DNA of 64,000 bases. Source: a virus. Positions within the stretch are counted from its first letter, which is position 1. Every line of letters begins with the position of its first letter. A model generated the notes under the pieces. The model saw only the letters and a program-made list of their open reading frames with translations. It had not been told where the DNA came from and made no database searches. The stretch is taken from IMG/VR virus record IMGVR_UViG_3300042197_001179, positions 3,870-67,869 of that record, one strand, 5' to 3'. Made by a program: the position numbers and the translations under genes. Positions 1-9,161 of this stretch are shown here, one piece after another.

Positions 1-124
1 GACAATTTCCAGCTTCCTGCGGAGACACAAACAGATCGCCTCTTTCAATCCTGTGCCGAATTTGCCGATCTGATCACTGGTTTTAGTGCTGTGTCCGAGT
101 AGTCGAATGCCGTACAAGGGGATT

Positions 125-466
125 TCACTTGCATTTTGAATCATTACGTACATTAGTTATTTCCTTAATATAGTCAGCGAGGTCTTTGCTGCTGGTGATT
201 TTGCGACGCTTGTACTTGTAACCACAGTTGCCGTGCTCATTCTCGTAGAAGAACCAGTTGAGTAGCTCAGCGTCAACGCCTAAGATATTGGCACACTCTG
301 TTACAAGATTATCTACAAGATTGTAGATATCTTGCACCAACCCCGAGTCCACATCGAAGCCGCAGTAACTCCTTTCCAGCTTGGCTTCAATGGCATCGAC
401 ACGACGGACAGCTTCTGAACACGCGTCAATTAATTTTTGAATGTTAATAGGTGTAGCTCCTGACAT
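125..466 (-). CDS. Hypothetical protein
   Basis: ORF packed against its neighbour; likely start MSGATP. Confidence 0.6.
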   Translation of the reverse strand: MSGATPINIQKLIDACSEAVRRVDAIEAKLERSYCGFDVDSGLVQDIYNLVDNLVTECANILGVDAELLNWFFYENEHGNCGYKYKRRKITSSKDLADYIKEITNVRNDSKCK

Positions 467-1169
467 GTTGGCCGATGTTTTTGTATTTTTCCACGTCGTC
501 ACCAATAATCTTTTTCAATTGAGAGTAGTCAATATCGCGTCGGTATCTACCTCCTACTAAGGTATGTGTTTTAGTCACGCCAATACGTCCGGGCATACCC
601 TTCATGCCCACATGCCATTTCATGTTTTTAGCATGTATCATCACGCCGGGATGTTTCCACAGTAGTCCATCAACGTATGGAGTATTCTCTTTGATGGCTT
701 GATTAACACAATCCACAAATGTGGGGTACATTGATGGGTCAATCACAGTGCTAGCCAAAGGACTCACCTGTTCATTGGTTTGATGCCATATGCTAGGTTG
801 TGCCAAATAGTAGTACGGTGAGTGGGCCAATCCTACAAGAGGAAGATGGAATCCATACATCACATCGAGATAACGGTAATGGTACCAATCATCATCCTCA
901 ATCACTGCTAGGCGATTAAAGGTTATGTTATGTTCAGCAATATACTCCACAGCAGCTAAAAGATTGTGTGGTAGGGTATGTACCCCTTCAGGCTCAACAC
1001 GCTTCCGTGAAACAACGGTATCGTGCCAAGGTATGGGGACAGTACCATCATTCACCAATATCGATTTAACTGTTCCTCTGAAAGTTTGACGTAGAATATA
1101 GCGTTGACACAGTTCGCAAGCATATGGGCGGTCACCTGTCGGAGTGATCAATACGTAGTCATAGTGCAT
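444..1169 (-). CDS. Glycosyltransferase family 2 (GT-A fold)-like protein
   Basis: N-terminal VLITPTGDRP, LVNDG and IEDDDWY (DxD-type) motifs; AGGAGG RBS. Confidence 0.7.
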   Translation of the reverse strand: MHYDYVLITPTGDRPYACELCQRYILRQTFRGTVKSILVNDGTVPIPWHDTVVSRKRVEPEGVHTLPHNLLAAVEYIAEHNITFNRLAVIEDDDWYHYRYLDVMYGFHLPLVGLAHSPYYYLAQPSIWHQTNEQVSPLASTVIDPSMYPTFVDCVNQAIKENTPYVDGLLWKHPGVMIHAKNMKWHVGMKGMPGRIGVTKTHTLVGGRYRRDIDYSQLKKIIGDDVEKYKNIGQHVRSYTY

Positions 1170-1182
1170 ATAGCCTCCTAAT

Positions 1183-1212
1183 ACAGCACACGTCCGTTAA
1201 GACGTGTGCCGT
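1183..1212 (-). other. Intergenic hairpin, 12-bp stem, UUAACG loop (copy 1)
   Basis: Minus strand ACGGCACACGTC-TTAACG-GACGTGTGCTGT (one G-U pair). Confidence 0.8.
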
Positions 1213-1215
1213 TAC

Positions 1216-1416
1216 TCAGATTTCTTCGAATCCGATGCGGTAATCTTCATCAGTCCCGAATCCGGCGGACGCTAACGCGTCAGAGTCGTCCTCGTCAGAG
1301 TCGTCCTCGTCCTCGTCCTCGTCAGAGTCCTCGTCCTCGTCCTCGTCAAAGAAGTCATCATCCTCGAAGTCATCATCATTGAGTTCATCATCAAGATCGT
1401 CAATCAAGTCTGACAT
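1216..1416 (-). CDS. Small extremely acidic protein (66 aa)
   Basis: More than half D/E; C-terminal DALASAGFGTDEDY; AAGGA RBS before MSDLIDD. Confidence 0.75.
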   Translation of the reverse strand: MSDLIDDLDDELNDDDFEDDDFFDEDEDEDSDEDEDEDDSDEDDSDALASAGFGTDEDYRIGFEEI

Positions 1417-1418
1417 GG

Positions 1419-2396
1419 TTATTTCCTTGTGGTGGCTTGGAACCACTTGTCGTTAGGGGACTCGGCACTGAACGCTTTAAACTGGTCATCTAATGTCCTA
1501 CAACGGGCATCAGATTCTTCCAACGTTAGGTTGTTGAAGATGTGCCCAATCAAAACTGAGCCATCTTCTTGAATATTTGGCTTAACAATAGTCCACATGT
1601 ACCTCAGTTTTTCATATAAAGCCTCCTGAAAAGTTTCCGATATCCTGTACCGGTGTGACGCAACACGTAATCCTTTAGAGCCTTTGACAATCTGCTCGAT
1701 GCCGCAACAGAATTTTGAGCCAACAGGTTGACCAAGCGTCCAACCGTACATGGTCAACTGTGTCGCCCACTCAGAATCCACATCTTCCAGTGTGGTAGCG
1801 ACATTGATCATCAAACCTTCTACGTTATGTGGGTGACAATCTTTATGTGATGTGCGCTTTAGGTCGTCACGACAGACAAGATACCCGGGTTTAGGACTTG
1901 TCGGACTGACAGAACAATACCCATTCACCTTCCAGTCTAAGACAACGGGTAGTCCGCTCTTAGTCGTGTAGTATACGTCAGGTTTGCCTAGAAGGGGAAC
2001 GCCTTCAAGATTCGTGGTGTGTGTGACATTTTTCTCCACAGTCAGTTCAAACCGTGGGTCACTGCCTGCTTGTGAGAGTTCAACCATTAAGTCTGCCAAA
2101 GCACCACAAGAAACATAGTAATCATATACGATTTTACCATGTTCTCGTGCCCAATCACGGTTCTGTGGCTCAACTTGCTGTTCAAAGATTGTCTCGAAGT
2201 CGAAGCCGTTACCAAGCAATCGCTTAGTCAGCTCCGTTTTAACGTATGCATCGAACGCAGAACCAATTGACATGGGGCGTGTCTGCGGAATCTTTGGCGG
2301 ACGTGTCACTGCAAGGTATTTGAGGTAGTACTCCTCTCGATCTTTGTAGAATTGCTGTAATGCTGTAGGACTAATGTACTCAATTTTGCGAGGCAT
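1419..2396 (-). CDS. PD-(D/E)XK nuclease superfamily protein (RecB/Cas4-like exonuclease)
   Basis: ISPTAL..F, GSAFD, LLGKPDV, VLDWKV, QLTMY motifs. Confidence 0.8.
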   Translation of the reverse strand: MPRKIEYISPTALQQFYKDREEYYLKYLAVTRPPKIPQTRPMSIGSAFDAYVKTELTKRLLGNGFDFETIFEQQVEPQNRDWAREHGKIVYDYYVSCGALADLMVELSQAGSDPRFELTVEKNVTHTTNLEGVPLLGKPDVYYTTKSGLPVVLDWKVNGYCSVSPTSPKPGYLVCRDDLKRTSHKDCHPHNVEGLMINVATTLEDVDSEWATQLTMYGWTLGQPVGSKFCCGIEQIVKGSKGLRVASHRYRISETFQEALYEKLRYMWTIVKPNIQEDGSVLIGHIFNNLTLEESDARCRTLDDQFKAFSAESPNDKWFQATTRK

Positions 2397-2406
2397 GAAC
2401 ACCCTT

Positions 2407-2544
2407 TCAAGGGAAAAGTTCCTGAATGATCTTCCATTTCAATGCGTTTAAGGCTTCTTTAGCTGTTTTCTTATTTTTAACAGCCTCAGCCTCCGCATCA
2501 TCAAACAATTTGACAAGCTCCAATATTGTTAGGGTTCTTTTCAT
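2407..2544 (-). CDS. Small hypothetical protein (45 aa, below ORF-track cutoff)
   Basis: Read manually as MKRTLTILELVKLF...QELFP; ATGA overlap with upstream gene fills the gap. Confidence 0.55.
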   Translation of the reverse strand: MKRTLTILELVKLFDDAEAEAVKNKKTAKEALNALKWKIIQELFP

Positions 2545-2723
2545 GTTAGTTCAATTTGCCCCATCATTAAGAGTTCTTCCAAACCATAGACTTCACGTGC
2601 ACCACACTCATCGCAAACATAATTACGTGCGTCAGGTTCAACACCATTAGCAACAGCTCCACACGCATCACAACGCCCGCTGTCGCCTTCGTACAATTCT
2701 TCTTCACTGCACTTGTGAATCAT
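2541..2723 (-). CDS. Small zinc-ribbon protein
   Basis: CDACG...VEPDARNYVCDECG (two CxxC). Confidence 0.75.
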   Translation of the reverse strand: MIHKCSEEELYEGDSGRCDACGAVANGVEPDARNYVCDECGAREVYGLEELLMMGQIELT

Positions 2724-2958
2724 TTTGGTACGCTTTAATAGTTTGTTGGGGTGCTAGAGAGATTTTTAAGTGTGCGTATGCGGAAAACGCGATCAACATG
2801 ACAGAAAGTACGGTGAAGAACGCTATAAGGACGTGGCATATTTCTCTATCCTTACGCACGGAATAGATTAACACTGCGCCTGAAAAAATGGACAGCACAC
2901 CAAGAAACAAAGGTATGCACGCATTAAGTCGAGCGATTGCAAGCAGCTCACTCTCCAT
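2704..2958 (-). CDS. Small membrane protein
   Basis: Two hydrophobic segments; likely start MESELL. Confidence 0.6.
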   Translation of the reverse strand: MESELLAIARLNACIPLFLGVLSIFSGAVLIYSVRKDREICHVLIAFFTVLSVMLIAFSAYAHLKISLAPQQTIKAYQNDSQVQ

Positions 2959-3535
2959 GTTTTTTCGCAGCCTCGTAAGTGGTGTAGAAAAGTGTTGGAC
3001 CTTCAGTTCTAGACGGTTGCCACTTACCATTTTTGTAGATCAGATGGTCTTGTAGGACTTCACCATCCGTATCAACAAAGTACACAGTGTCTTTGAACGG
3101 GATGATCCGTCTGAATGAATCTACGTAGGTTGGCAAGTGCTCCGACAATTCTTTGATGCGATTCAATCCATCAATTACTTTTTTAATTTCTTGAATCGCC
3201 TCGGCGTGAGTTTCAAAGAATGTTTGTCGCACACAATTCTCAACGTCCGGAACCCACCGCTTGAGAAGGTGGCACCAGCTTAAGTGTGTCTCCACAATTT
3301 CAAGCTGCTCAGAGGTTGATTGACAAATCACCCAAACAGGGTCTTTTCCCGGAATAATTGTTTTACCGTTGCTGTAAGCTGGCAATTGATCAAGTGCTCG
3401 AATATCTTCACCGATGCTGAGCACGACACTTTTAAGGTATTGTGGTCCCATTTTGTTAGAAGATTCAATTTTAAGACCATTAATAGTTTCATGGAGATTG
3501 AACATAAGGGTTCCCATATTTGAAAGATGTTTCAC
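2948..3535 (-). CDS. Paralogue family A protein carrying two copies of the LP.Y...P..D..W domain
   Basis: LPAYSNGKTIIPGKDPVW and LPTYVDSFRRIIPFKDTVY...FYTTYEAA. Confidence 0.7.
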   Translation of the reverse strand: MKHLSNMGTLMFNLHETINGLKIESSNKMGPQYLKSVVLSIGEDIRALDQLPAYSNGKTIIPGKDPVWVICQSTSEQLEIVETHLSWCHLLKRWVPDVENCVRQTFFETHAEAIQEIKKVIDGLNRIKELSEHLPTYVDSFRRIIPFKDTVYFVDTDGEVLQDHLIYKNGKWQPSRTEGPTLFYTTYEAAKKHGE

Positions 3536-3689
3536 CTGTACCGGGGTCAGTAACGTACTGCCCTACTTTAGCGTCAAAAGCTTTTTGCCGTTCTAACGCG
3601 ACACCCATGTGGTAAGTCCAGATTGCGACACCGGCAATAAGCGTCACGATAATAAAAAAGATAAAACCTGCTAAAGGTCCATCACTCAT
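3489..3689 (-). CDS. Small membrane protein
   Basis: Single N-terminal hydrophobic helix. Confidence 0.55.
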   Translation of the reverse strand: MSDGPLAGFIFFIIVTLIAGVAIWTYHMGVALERQKAFDAKVGQYVTDPGTGETSFKYGNPYVQSP

Positions 3690-3886
3690 GATTGCGTCTC
3701 TAACCAAATTGGGGCTGTGACAGATTCATTAATCTTTTCTCGTGTACGTGTATCGTACTCATAAAAATTTCCTTCTTCAAACGCGAAGATTCGCATTACC
3801 CCATCGGCCAAAGCTTCAAACTCTTCTTGCACAGGGGCACGTTGTGTCCACCAGATTCGCCCATCTTCAAAAAGATACATGTGCAT
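3686..3886 (-). CDS. Hypothetical protein
   Basis: GGAGG RBS, ATGA coupling. Confidence 0.6.
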   Translation of the reverse strand: MHMYLFEDGRIWWTQRAPVQEEFEALADGVMRIFAFEEGNFYEYDTRTREKINESVTAPIWLETQS

Positions 3887-3978
3887 ATCTTACCTCCGTT
3901 GTTGTAGTAGTAGGTATTTCGGTGTAGTAGCTATACCCGCACACTACTATACGTTCTTGTGAATAATCCTCTAATACT

Positions 3979-4329
3979 TCAATTTCCGTCACGGAGCTTT
4001 TTGTGGTAGTCGTAACCTTTGCACCATTCAGCATGGTTCGTAGTACCCTCCTCATAGGGATTAGCTTTTCCAGTTATGTGCGACTCACGGCCTTCTTCAA
4101 ACGTATAGCACAAGTCGTCAATATCGGCAGCAATGGTTCGCCAAGATTCCGCAAGTACACGATTTTTAGCAAGCATGTCTGCTAGATACACTCTTACACG
4201 TATTTTGTCAGTGTAGACTGCTGCTGCAAACGCGCTTTTAACCATTTCAGCGATAGACTCCTCGCTCAGGTTCTTAAAGGCAGCTTCAAAGAAATCGTAA
4301 TCAAGATTCAATAAGATTTTGTGTTCCAT
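3979..4329 (-). CDS. Protein with C-terminal Rmf/CrpP-like motif
   Basis: FEEGRESHITGKANPY...EWCKGYD. Confidence 0.55.
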   Translation of the reverse strand: MEHKILLNLDYDFFEAAFKNLSEESIAEMVKSAFAAAVYTDKIRVRVYLADMLAKNRVLAESWRTIAADIDDLCYTFEEGRESHITGKANPYEEGTTNHAEWCKGYDYHKKLRDGN

Positions 4330-4807
4330 TGTCGCTCCTTACAAACTTACCATCTACCCATTCACCTTCTTCTACACGGTGATAAGTTCCATTGACACTA
4401 CAACAAACACGCAAATCTGGGAACATCTCCCACAAAGCTGCAACAGTTTGGTGTGCGTCGTTTAATACTTCAAAAACAGTGATGTCTTTTCCTTGGTCCA
4501 GATAGTGGGCGTAATCGCAACCAGCTTTGAACCACATTGGGGCACCATCTAAACCACCTTCTTTCCCGTAATAGGTGATGCCGCCGTGCCAAGGCAACTC
4601 ACTCAGCCGCCCTTTCATGTAATCATACCTAGCGTCATGGCGTGGCGGCAGGTCGAAATGCTGACGCAAATCACCTGGCACTTGTTTTTCATTGATGTAG
4701 ATGTAGTAGTGCCAAATGAATGAAATCATTCCTGGAAACCTATTACGCACAACCTCAAGCCTGATACCTCGATGCGTTTCAGAATAAATTTGACGGATTG
4801 ATTCCAT
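4301..4807 (-). CDS. Hypothetical phage protein
   Basis: WHGGITY...GCDYAHY motif; likely start MESIRQ. Confidence 0.65.
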   Translation of the reverse strand: MESIRQIYSETHRGIRLEVVRNRFPGMISFIWHYYIYINEKQVPGDLRQHFDLPPRHDARYDYMKGRLSELPWHGGITYYGKEGGLDGAPMWFKAGCDYAHYLDQGKDITVFEVLNDAHQTVAALWEMFPDLRVCCSVNGTYHRVEEGEWVDGKFVRSDNGTQNLIES

Positions 4808-4817
4808 TTTAGATTCC

Positions 4818-5219
4818 TTATGTCCAGAGAAATTTTCTAATCTTGACAAGACGCAGAAGCATATCTTGATCTTCTTTTTCCCACTCATCTTCGAGACGAA
4901 AACATTCGTCTCTTATTTTCTCGCTGTTTGGATCACGCCAATCACCCCAAATCAACTCAGGACGATTCGGGCGGTGTCTCGTCCACCACCGGTACAGCCT
5001 GAATACTTCACGATATAACGGTCGATGATTCAGTTCATCTACGTCACGAGGAGGGACACGCTTATGCGGGTGTTCTCGCTCAACGAAGTTGACTAGGATC
5101 GCAAAGTTCGCGTGAAGCATAAGCTCGTCGTTTTCGTGATATCCGGGCTTGAGGCCGGTATTGACGACGTGGTACCGATGTCTCGGGTTGAACCTATATT
5201 GAAACCACCAAAACATCAC
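4818..5219 (-). CDS. Hypothetical phage protein
   Basis: ORF with RBS; MLHANFAILVNFVERE...LYRWW...IRKFLWT. Confidence 0.65.
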   Translation of the reverse strand: MMFWWFQYRFNPRHRYHVVNTGLKPGYHENDELMLHANFAILVNFVEREHPHKRVPPRDVDELNHRPLYREVFRLYRWWTRHRPNRPELIWGDWRDPNSEKIRDECFRLEDEWEKEDQDMLLRLVKIRKFLWT

Positions 5220-5352
5220 TCACTCTCCTTGTGTCGGGGTATTGGCTTTCGCGGCGTGAATCTGAGTTGGACAGGCTTCACGCCGAGCAGTACGGCAACC
5301 ACGCGCTGTCGATGGCTACGGACATTGGTGCTGCTCATCATTTTGGACCCTT

Positions 5353-5682
5353 TCACATGTATCTTCCATCGAGCAAGAACCACCCTGCTAATAGCCATGC
5401 AAATAAGATTCCCAAGAGGAATACCGACCAGTACCACGGCAAAGGCTGTGCAGCGTATTCCCACATGTTGTATGATGGAATACGCGTCAGCCTGTAATCC
5501 ACTTGCCCCTCGCACCGATACCCGTTCGCCTTAGCTGTCGCCTCCACGTCGACTTGACAGAAACAGCCATCTTCGTGGAACGGCGTGGGCGGCGGCTGGC
5601 ACGGGATGATGATTGGTAGCACGCTCCGTAGTTCTGCGACGGTGGCGTACACCTGATTATTGATGAGGATATGACGGCACAT
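5353..5682 (-). CDS. Cys-containing protein with C-terminal membrane anchor
   Basis: Likely start MCRHIL (TGATG coupling); C-terminal hydrophobic helix. Confidence 0.55.
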   Translation of the reverse strand: MCRHILINNQVYATVAELRSVLPIIIPCQPPPTPFHEDGCFCQVDVEATAKANGYRCEGQVDYRLTRIPSYNMWEYAAQPLPWYWSVFLLGILFAWLLAGWFLLDGRYM

Positions 5683-5839
5683 CAGGAGGGCTCCTTCTTG
5701 CTGGCTTGCCTTTGTTGATTGTAATACGTCCAGAGGTATTGCCTGTGCCACTTGGGGACTTTGCGAAGGTCAAACTTCACTTTTCGCACATACTCGATCA
5801 GGAGATGTGCGGTTGACTCTTCTTGGTGTTTCTTGTCCA

Positions 5840-6250
5840 TCACTCACGCTCTTTCGCATCTGCGGCGGCTTGGGCTGCTTCGCGGCTGGAGTACCATTGT
5901 TGGGTCCACTCTCGCAGGTGGGCGCCACCAACGGGAGCCCAACATTTGCTATCCCACGCGGCACAGGATTCCGCGACAGCGAAGGACCCATCTCGCCGCA
6001 CTAGGACGACCCACACCTTGTCAGGCCCCGGTACAAACGGTCGGCCTGTGTCCGCGTAGACCGGCAGCTTGGCAATAAGCGGCTCCATCAACTCGACATC
6101 TTCGAGTAACTTATCACGTAGATCGCAGAGATCTTCCACCACTGGAACAATCTGTGATCGCATTTCATTACTTGGCCATTTTACACCTACCAACAAGCAG
6201 GATGATGAACCATATTTAACATCGTAATTTCGAATGATTTCTTCGCTCAT
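5840..6250 (-). CDS. Paralogue family A protein
   Basis: KLPVYADTGRPFVPGPDKVW...WYSSREAAQAAADAK. Confidence 0.75.
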   Translation of the reverse strand: MSEEIIRNYDVKYGSSSCLLVGVKWPSNEMRSQIVPVVEDLCDLRDKLLEDVELMEPLIAKLPVYADTGRPFVPGPDKVWVVLVRRDGSFAVAESCAAWDSKCWAPVGGAHLREWTQQWYSSREAAQAAADAKERE

Positions 6251-6253
6251 TAC

Positions 6254-6793
6254 TTACGCCTTAATGCGGGCTTCGCGGCGGAATAGATAGGGCTTATGGA
6301 TTTGAAGCCACTTGACGACCGTTTGTGCCTGGGGTGGATCGGCTCCCGACATGAGCATCTGGACCAGTGATGCTGCTGCGTCAACGTCAACCGCCTGTGC
6401 CTCAACGAGCAGGTTGCGGATGGCCGTAGCGTCATTCGTCTTGGCAAGTTCCAACTCCAGACTTGCTATTCGATTCCGCAACTGACGAACCGCAGCTGCA
6501 AGGGTGGGACATGCGTCGAGAAGCAAACCGAGGTCAGCCATTGTCAATGCCTCGTTAATCTGTTCGTTGGTTAGGGACACAAGTGGCTTGCCGGTGTCCA
6601 CTTTAATAACACACCAATCACCACAACGAACAGTCTTAACACCCTCTTCAAATTGTGGGTGATTAGCTGGATCAGGGTACGACCACGTGTTCCAGTTGCC
6701 CCGCGATTGTTCATACGCTGCAACAACTGCTTGGGCTGGTGACAACGTATATTCAAGCACTTGGCCTGTAGATAGATTTTCAACTTTTACCAT
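6254..6793 (-). CDS. Hypothetical protein
   Basis: ORF with AGGAG RBS, packed in operon. Confidence 0.65.
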   Translation of the reverse strand: MVKVENLSTGQVLEYTLSPAQAVVAAYEQSRGNWNTWSYPDPANHPQFEEGVKTVRCGDWCVIKVDTGKPLVSLTNEQINEALTMADLGLLLDACPTLAAAVRQLRNRIASLELELAKTNDATAIRNLLVEAQAVDVDAAASLVQMLMSGADPPQAQTVVKWLQIHKPYLFRREARIKA

Positions 6794-6947
6794 TACGCAC
6801 GCTCCTTAATACATTCACACGGTGCATAGGCGTCTTTTATCGTGTTCATGGTGCATCTACCTAGCAGCATAAAAACGATTATGATAGCGTACACTAACGC
6901 CACATCTAAGCAAAAGTCAAAGAACGCTTTCAGCTGAGATTTTTTAA

Positions 6948-7355
6948 TCATTGTTGTTCCTTAGCAGCTGCTACAGCTTTGGCGGCTTCAAGGGTGGAGT
7001 ACCAATCTATTATCTTGCCGAAAGAACCCCAGAAACCTTCTGCTTGCCATAGACAGGCAACTGGCCATGCGTCCCATTTGATTGACCCGCCCTCTTTTTG
7101 CACTGGCACAACAGCAAAAGCGGGATCACGGCCCGGTATGAACGGTTGGCCTGTATCTTCGTAGACTGGCAGCTTGTTGATCATATTTTTTAATACGTCA
7201 TTTTCACGGCCCAAATGACCCGCTAATTCAGCGATAGCTGCTACGTCTGATTCTCCATACCCTGCGAGGCGTTCATCATGGTTGAATCGCGCACATCGCA
7301 GGTCGCCGGCAGTAAAAACTTCAATGTAACCAAATTCACTCAGGTAATAATTCAT
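6948..7355 (-). CDS. Paralogue family A protein
   Basis: KLPVYEDTGQPFIPGRDPAF...WYSTLEAAKAVAAAK; likely start MNYYLS. Confidence 0.75.
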   Translation of the reverse strand: MNYYLSEFGYIEVFTAGDLRCARFNHDERLAGYGESDVAAIAELAGHLGRENDVLKNMINKLPVYEDTGQPFIPGRDPAFAVVPVQKEGGSIKWDAWPVACLWQAEGFWGSFGKIIDWYSTLEAAKAVAAAKEQQ

Positions 7356-7456
7356 CGTTGCCCCTTTGCATCGGCGGCTCCTGCCGCAGCTTCTTAAACT
7401 TGTCATCGTGAACAGTTTTTTTCACTCATTGATTACGCTCCTGCGGTTTCGCTGCT

Positions 7457-7810
7457 TTAATCTTGGTTTCTACGGTCGCCGGGATACCACTCATCGTCAT
7501 CATAACCGGTTTGTATCTTCGCCAGCTCTTCCTCCAACTTAGCAATCTTTGCACGCATTTGGCGTAATTCGGTGATTATTGTCTCAATGTCTGAAGCATA
7601 CACCTCATAACTACACCCCTGCCTGAGGACTCCTCGTAACGCAGCATCCAACCGGTCACCGTCAACAGGTTTAGGGCCAGGGCCATCGCGTTCAGCGTGT
7701 TCATAGCCACGCTTCCATTCATACCAGCGACTGTCACCCCTTTTGTACGGGTTCGCACACTTGCCTTTGTAATCGTAAAAGGCGTTCGATCCTTGATCGT
7801 AGGCAGACAT
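7457..7810 (-). CDS. Protein with N-terminal Rmf/CrpP-like motif
   Basis: AYDQGSNAFYDYKGKCANPY...EWKRGYE. Confidence 0.6.
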   Translation of the reverse strand: MSAYDQGSNAFYDYKGKCANPYKRGDSRWYEWKRGYEHAERDGPGPKPVDGDRLDAALRGVLRQGCSYEVYASDIETIITELRQMRAKIAKLEEELAKIQTGYDDDEWYPGDRRNQD

Positions 7811-7826
7811 GTTTGACGCTCCAAGT

Positions 7827-8039
7827 TTAAGTCTTTTGCACTCGCTTGATTACGAGGTAGTCAGTTAGGGCCTTGTCGTAGGCTGCCTCTCGCTGTTCCA
7901 CTGGCGGCAACTGCTGCCACGGCTCGACCACCTGAATGCTCAAGCCACAGTCTCGCATCAAGCACACGAGATGCCGGTTATAAACACTTGGTTCGAGCGT
8001 CATGTGGCCACACTCAGGGCATCGTCGTTTTATCACCAC
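7827..8039 (-). CDS. Small zinc-ribbon protein
   Basis: CPECG...CLMRDC. Confidence 0.6.
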   Translation of the reverse strand: MVIKRRCPECGHMTLEPSVYNRHLVCLMRDCGLSIQVVEPWQQLPPVEQREAAYDKALTDYLVIKRVQKT

Positions 8040-8635
8040 TTTTTACCACCTTTTTCAGCCCGTGCTTCGAGAGTATGATCATGTCGAGTGGCGTTGTAGG
8101 CGAGTTTGTCTGTGTAGGCTCGGTCAATATCATACTCAAACGTCACGGCATAGTCAGCAATCAATGTTATTAACGTAACAATAAGCACACTAACTTCAGT
8201 AGCATTGGCACTACGCCGTTCTGCTTCCATGATGTCCGTGACTGCTTTGTGCATATTTAGCAATGTCCTGAACTTGTCAACTTTTTCAAGTGCTTTAATG
8301 CCGTAGTTGATGCGAAACAGCTCACACTTGTTGCGGTGACCCGGCCACACAATCTTCAATGCTGCGTTCAAGTCAAAATTGAACGCTCCAGCATAATCAA
8401 ACAACCGGATCAGAACGTCAGCGAGTTCAACTTCAGTTGCATCGAGGTGAGGGAGTTTATCATCTTTGAATCCTGTAAGCTCAGCGCTGAAAAGCTCAGT
8501 AATTTCTGAGTGAATCAAACACAGCAACTCACCCTCATTACGGACAATGCGCTTTCCTGCAGCAGTGTACCACCAACGTGTGCTGGCACGATGGCACTCT
8601 GCAGCGTAATCGTTCAAAGTTTTGATTTTGCTCAC
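8033..8635 (-). CDS. MazG-like nucleotide pyrophosphohydrolase (all-alpha NTP-PPase)
   Basis: LIHSEITE, EVELADVLIRLFD, KLAYNATR motifs; internally duplicated helical unit. Confidence 0.8.
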   Translation of the reverse strand: MSKIKTLNDYAAECHRASTRWWYTAAGKRIVRNEGELLCLIHSEITELFSAELTGFKDDKLPHLDATEVELADVLIRLFDYAGAFNFDLNAALKIVWPGHRNKCELFRINYGIKALEKVDKFRTLLNMHKAVTDIMEAERRSANATEVSVLIVTLITLIADYAVTFEYDIDRAYTDKLAYNATRHDHTLEARAEKGGKKW

Positions 8636-8705
8636 GGTTACGACCCTTTCAGTATTTCACGATACGTGTAAAACCTTCTGACGCAGAAGGTTCTTCAAGG
8701 GTTAA

Positions 8706-8778
8706 TAGCCCTGGTAGGATTTGAACCTACGGCCAATCGATTATGAGTCGACTGCTCTAACCGCTGAGCTACAGGGCC
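8706..8778 (-). tRNA. tRNA-Ile2 (anticodon CAT, lysidine type); CCA not encoded
   Basis: GGCCCTGTAGCTCAGCGGTTAGAGCAGTCGACTCATAATCGATTGGCCGTAGGTTCAAATCCTACCAGGGCTA folds as a cloverleaf; the body resembles ileX-type rather than Met tRNAs. Confidence 0.9.
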
Positions 8779-8797
8779 AATGGGAGATTTTCAACTT

Positions 8798-9130
8798 TTA
8801 CCAGTAGTGCCGCTTCTTCGCATCGGCTGCAGCTTGGGCGGCTTCACGGCTGGAGTACCACACGCCAGTCCATTGCACGCGGTCTAGTTTGGCCGACGGC
8901 TCCCACTTATCGTCACGGAACCGAGGTGGAGACGAAAAACCCGCGACGCCATCGCAAATGATCCACGCATCATCTCTCCCCGGCACGAACAGCTCGCCAG
9001 TGTCCTCATAGACAGGCAGCTTGGCGAGGATATCAACAGCTCGTTCAAGCACGTCTCTGTCCACGTCGACAGGCAAACCCCATTCCTTGGAATAGGCGAT
9101 CTCATGTTTCAGTGTTTCAACAGTATTCAT
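8798..9130 (-). CDS. Paralogue family A protein
   Basis: KLPVYEDTGELFVPGRDDAW...WYSSREAAQAAADAK; likely start MNTVET. Confidence 0.75.
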   Translation of the reverse strand: MNTVETLKHEIAYSKEWGLPVDVDRDVLERAVDILAKLPVYEDTGELFVPGRDDAWIICDGVAGFSSPPRFRDDKWEPSAKLDRVQWTGVWYSSREAAQAAADAKKRHYW

Positions 9131-9161
9131 GGCTGCTGCTCCAGATGAAAGTGCAGATGGA

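Noticed and set aside
1419-2396. Cas4 as part of a CRISPR system
   Set aside because: No four-Cys Fe-S pattern is evident and there is no array; a generic phage PD-(D/E)XK nuclease is the simpler call
2948-9130. Diversity-generating retroelement behind the paralogue repeats
   Set aside because: No reverse transcriptase in the window and differences between copies are not adenine-specific
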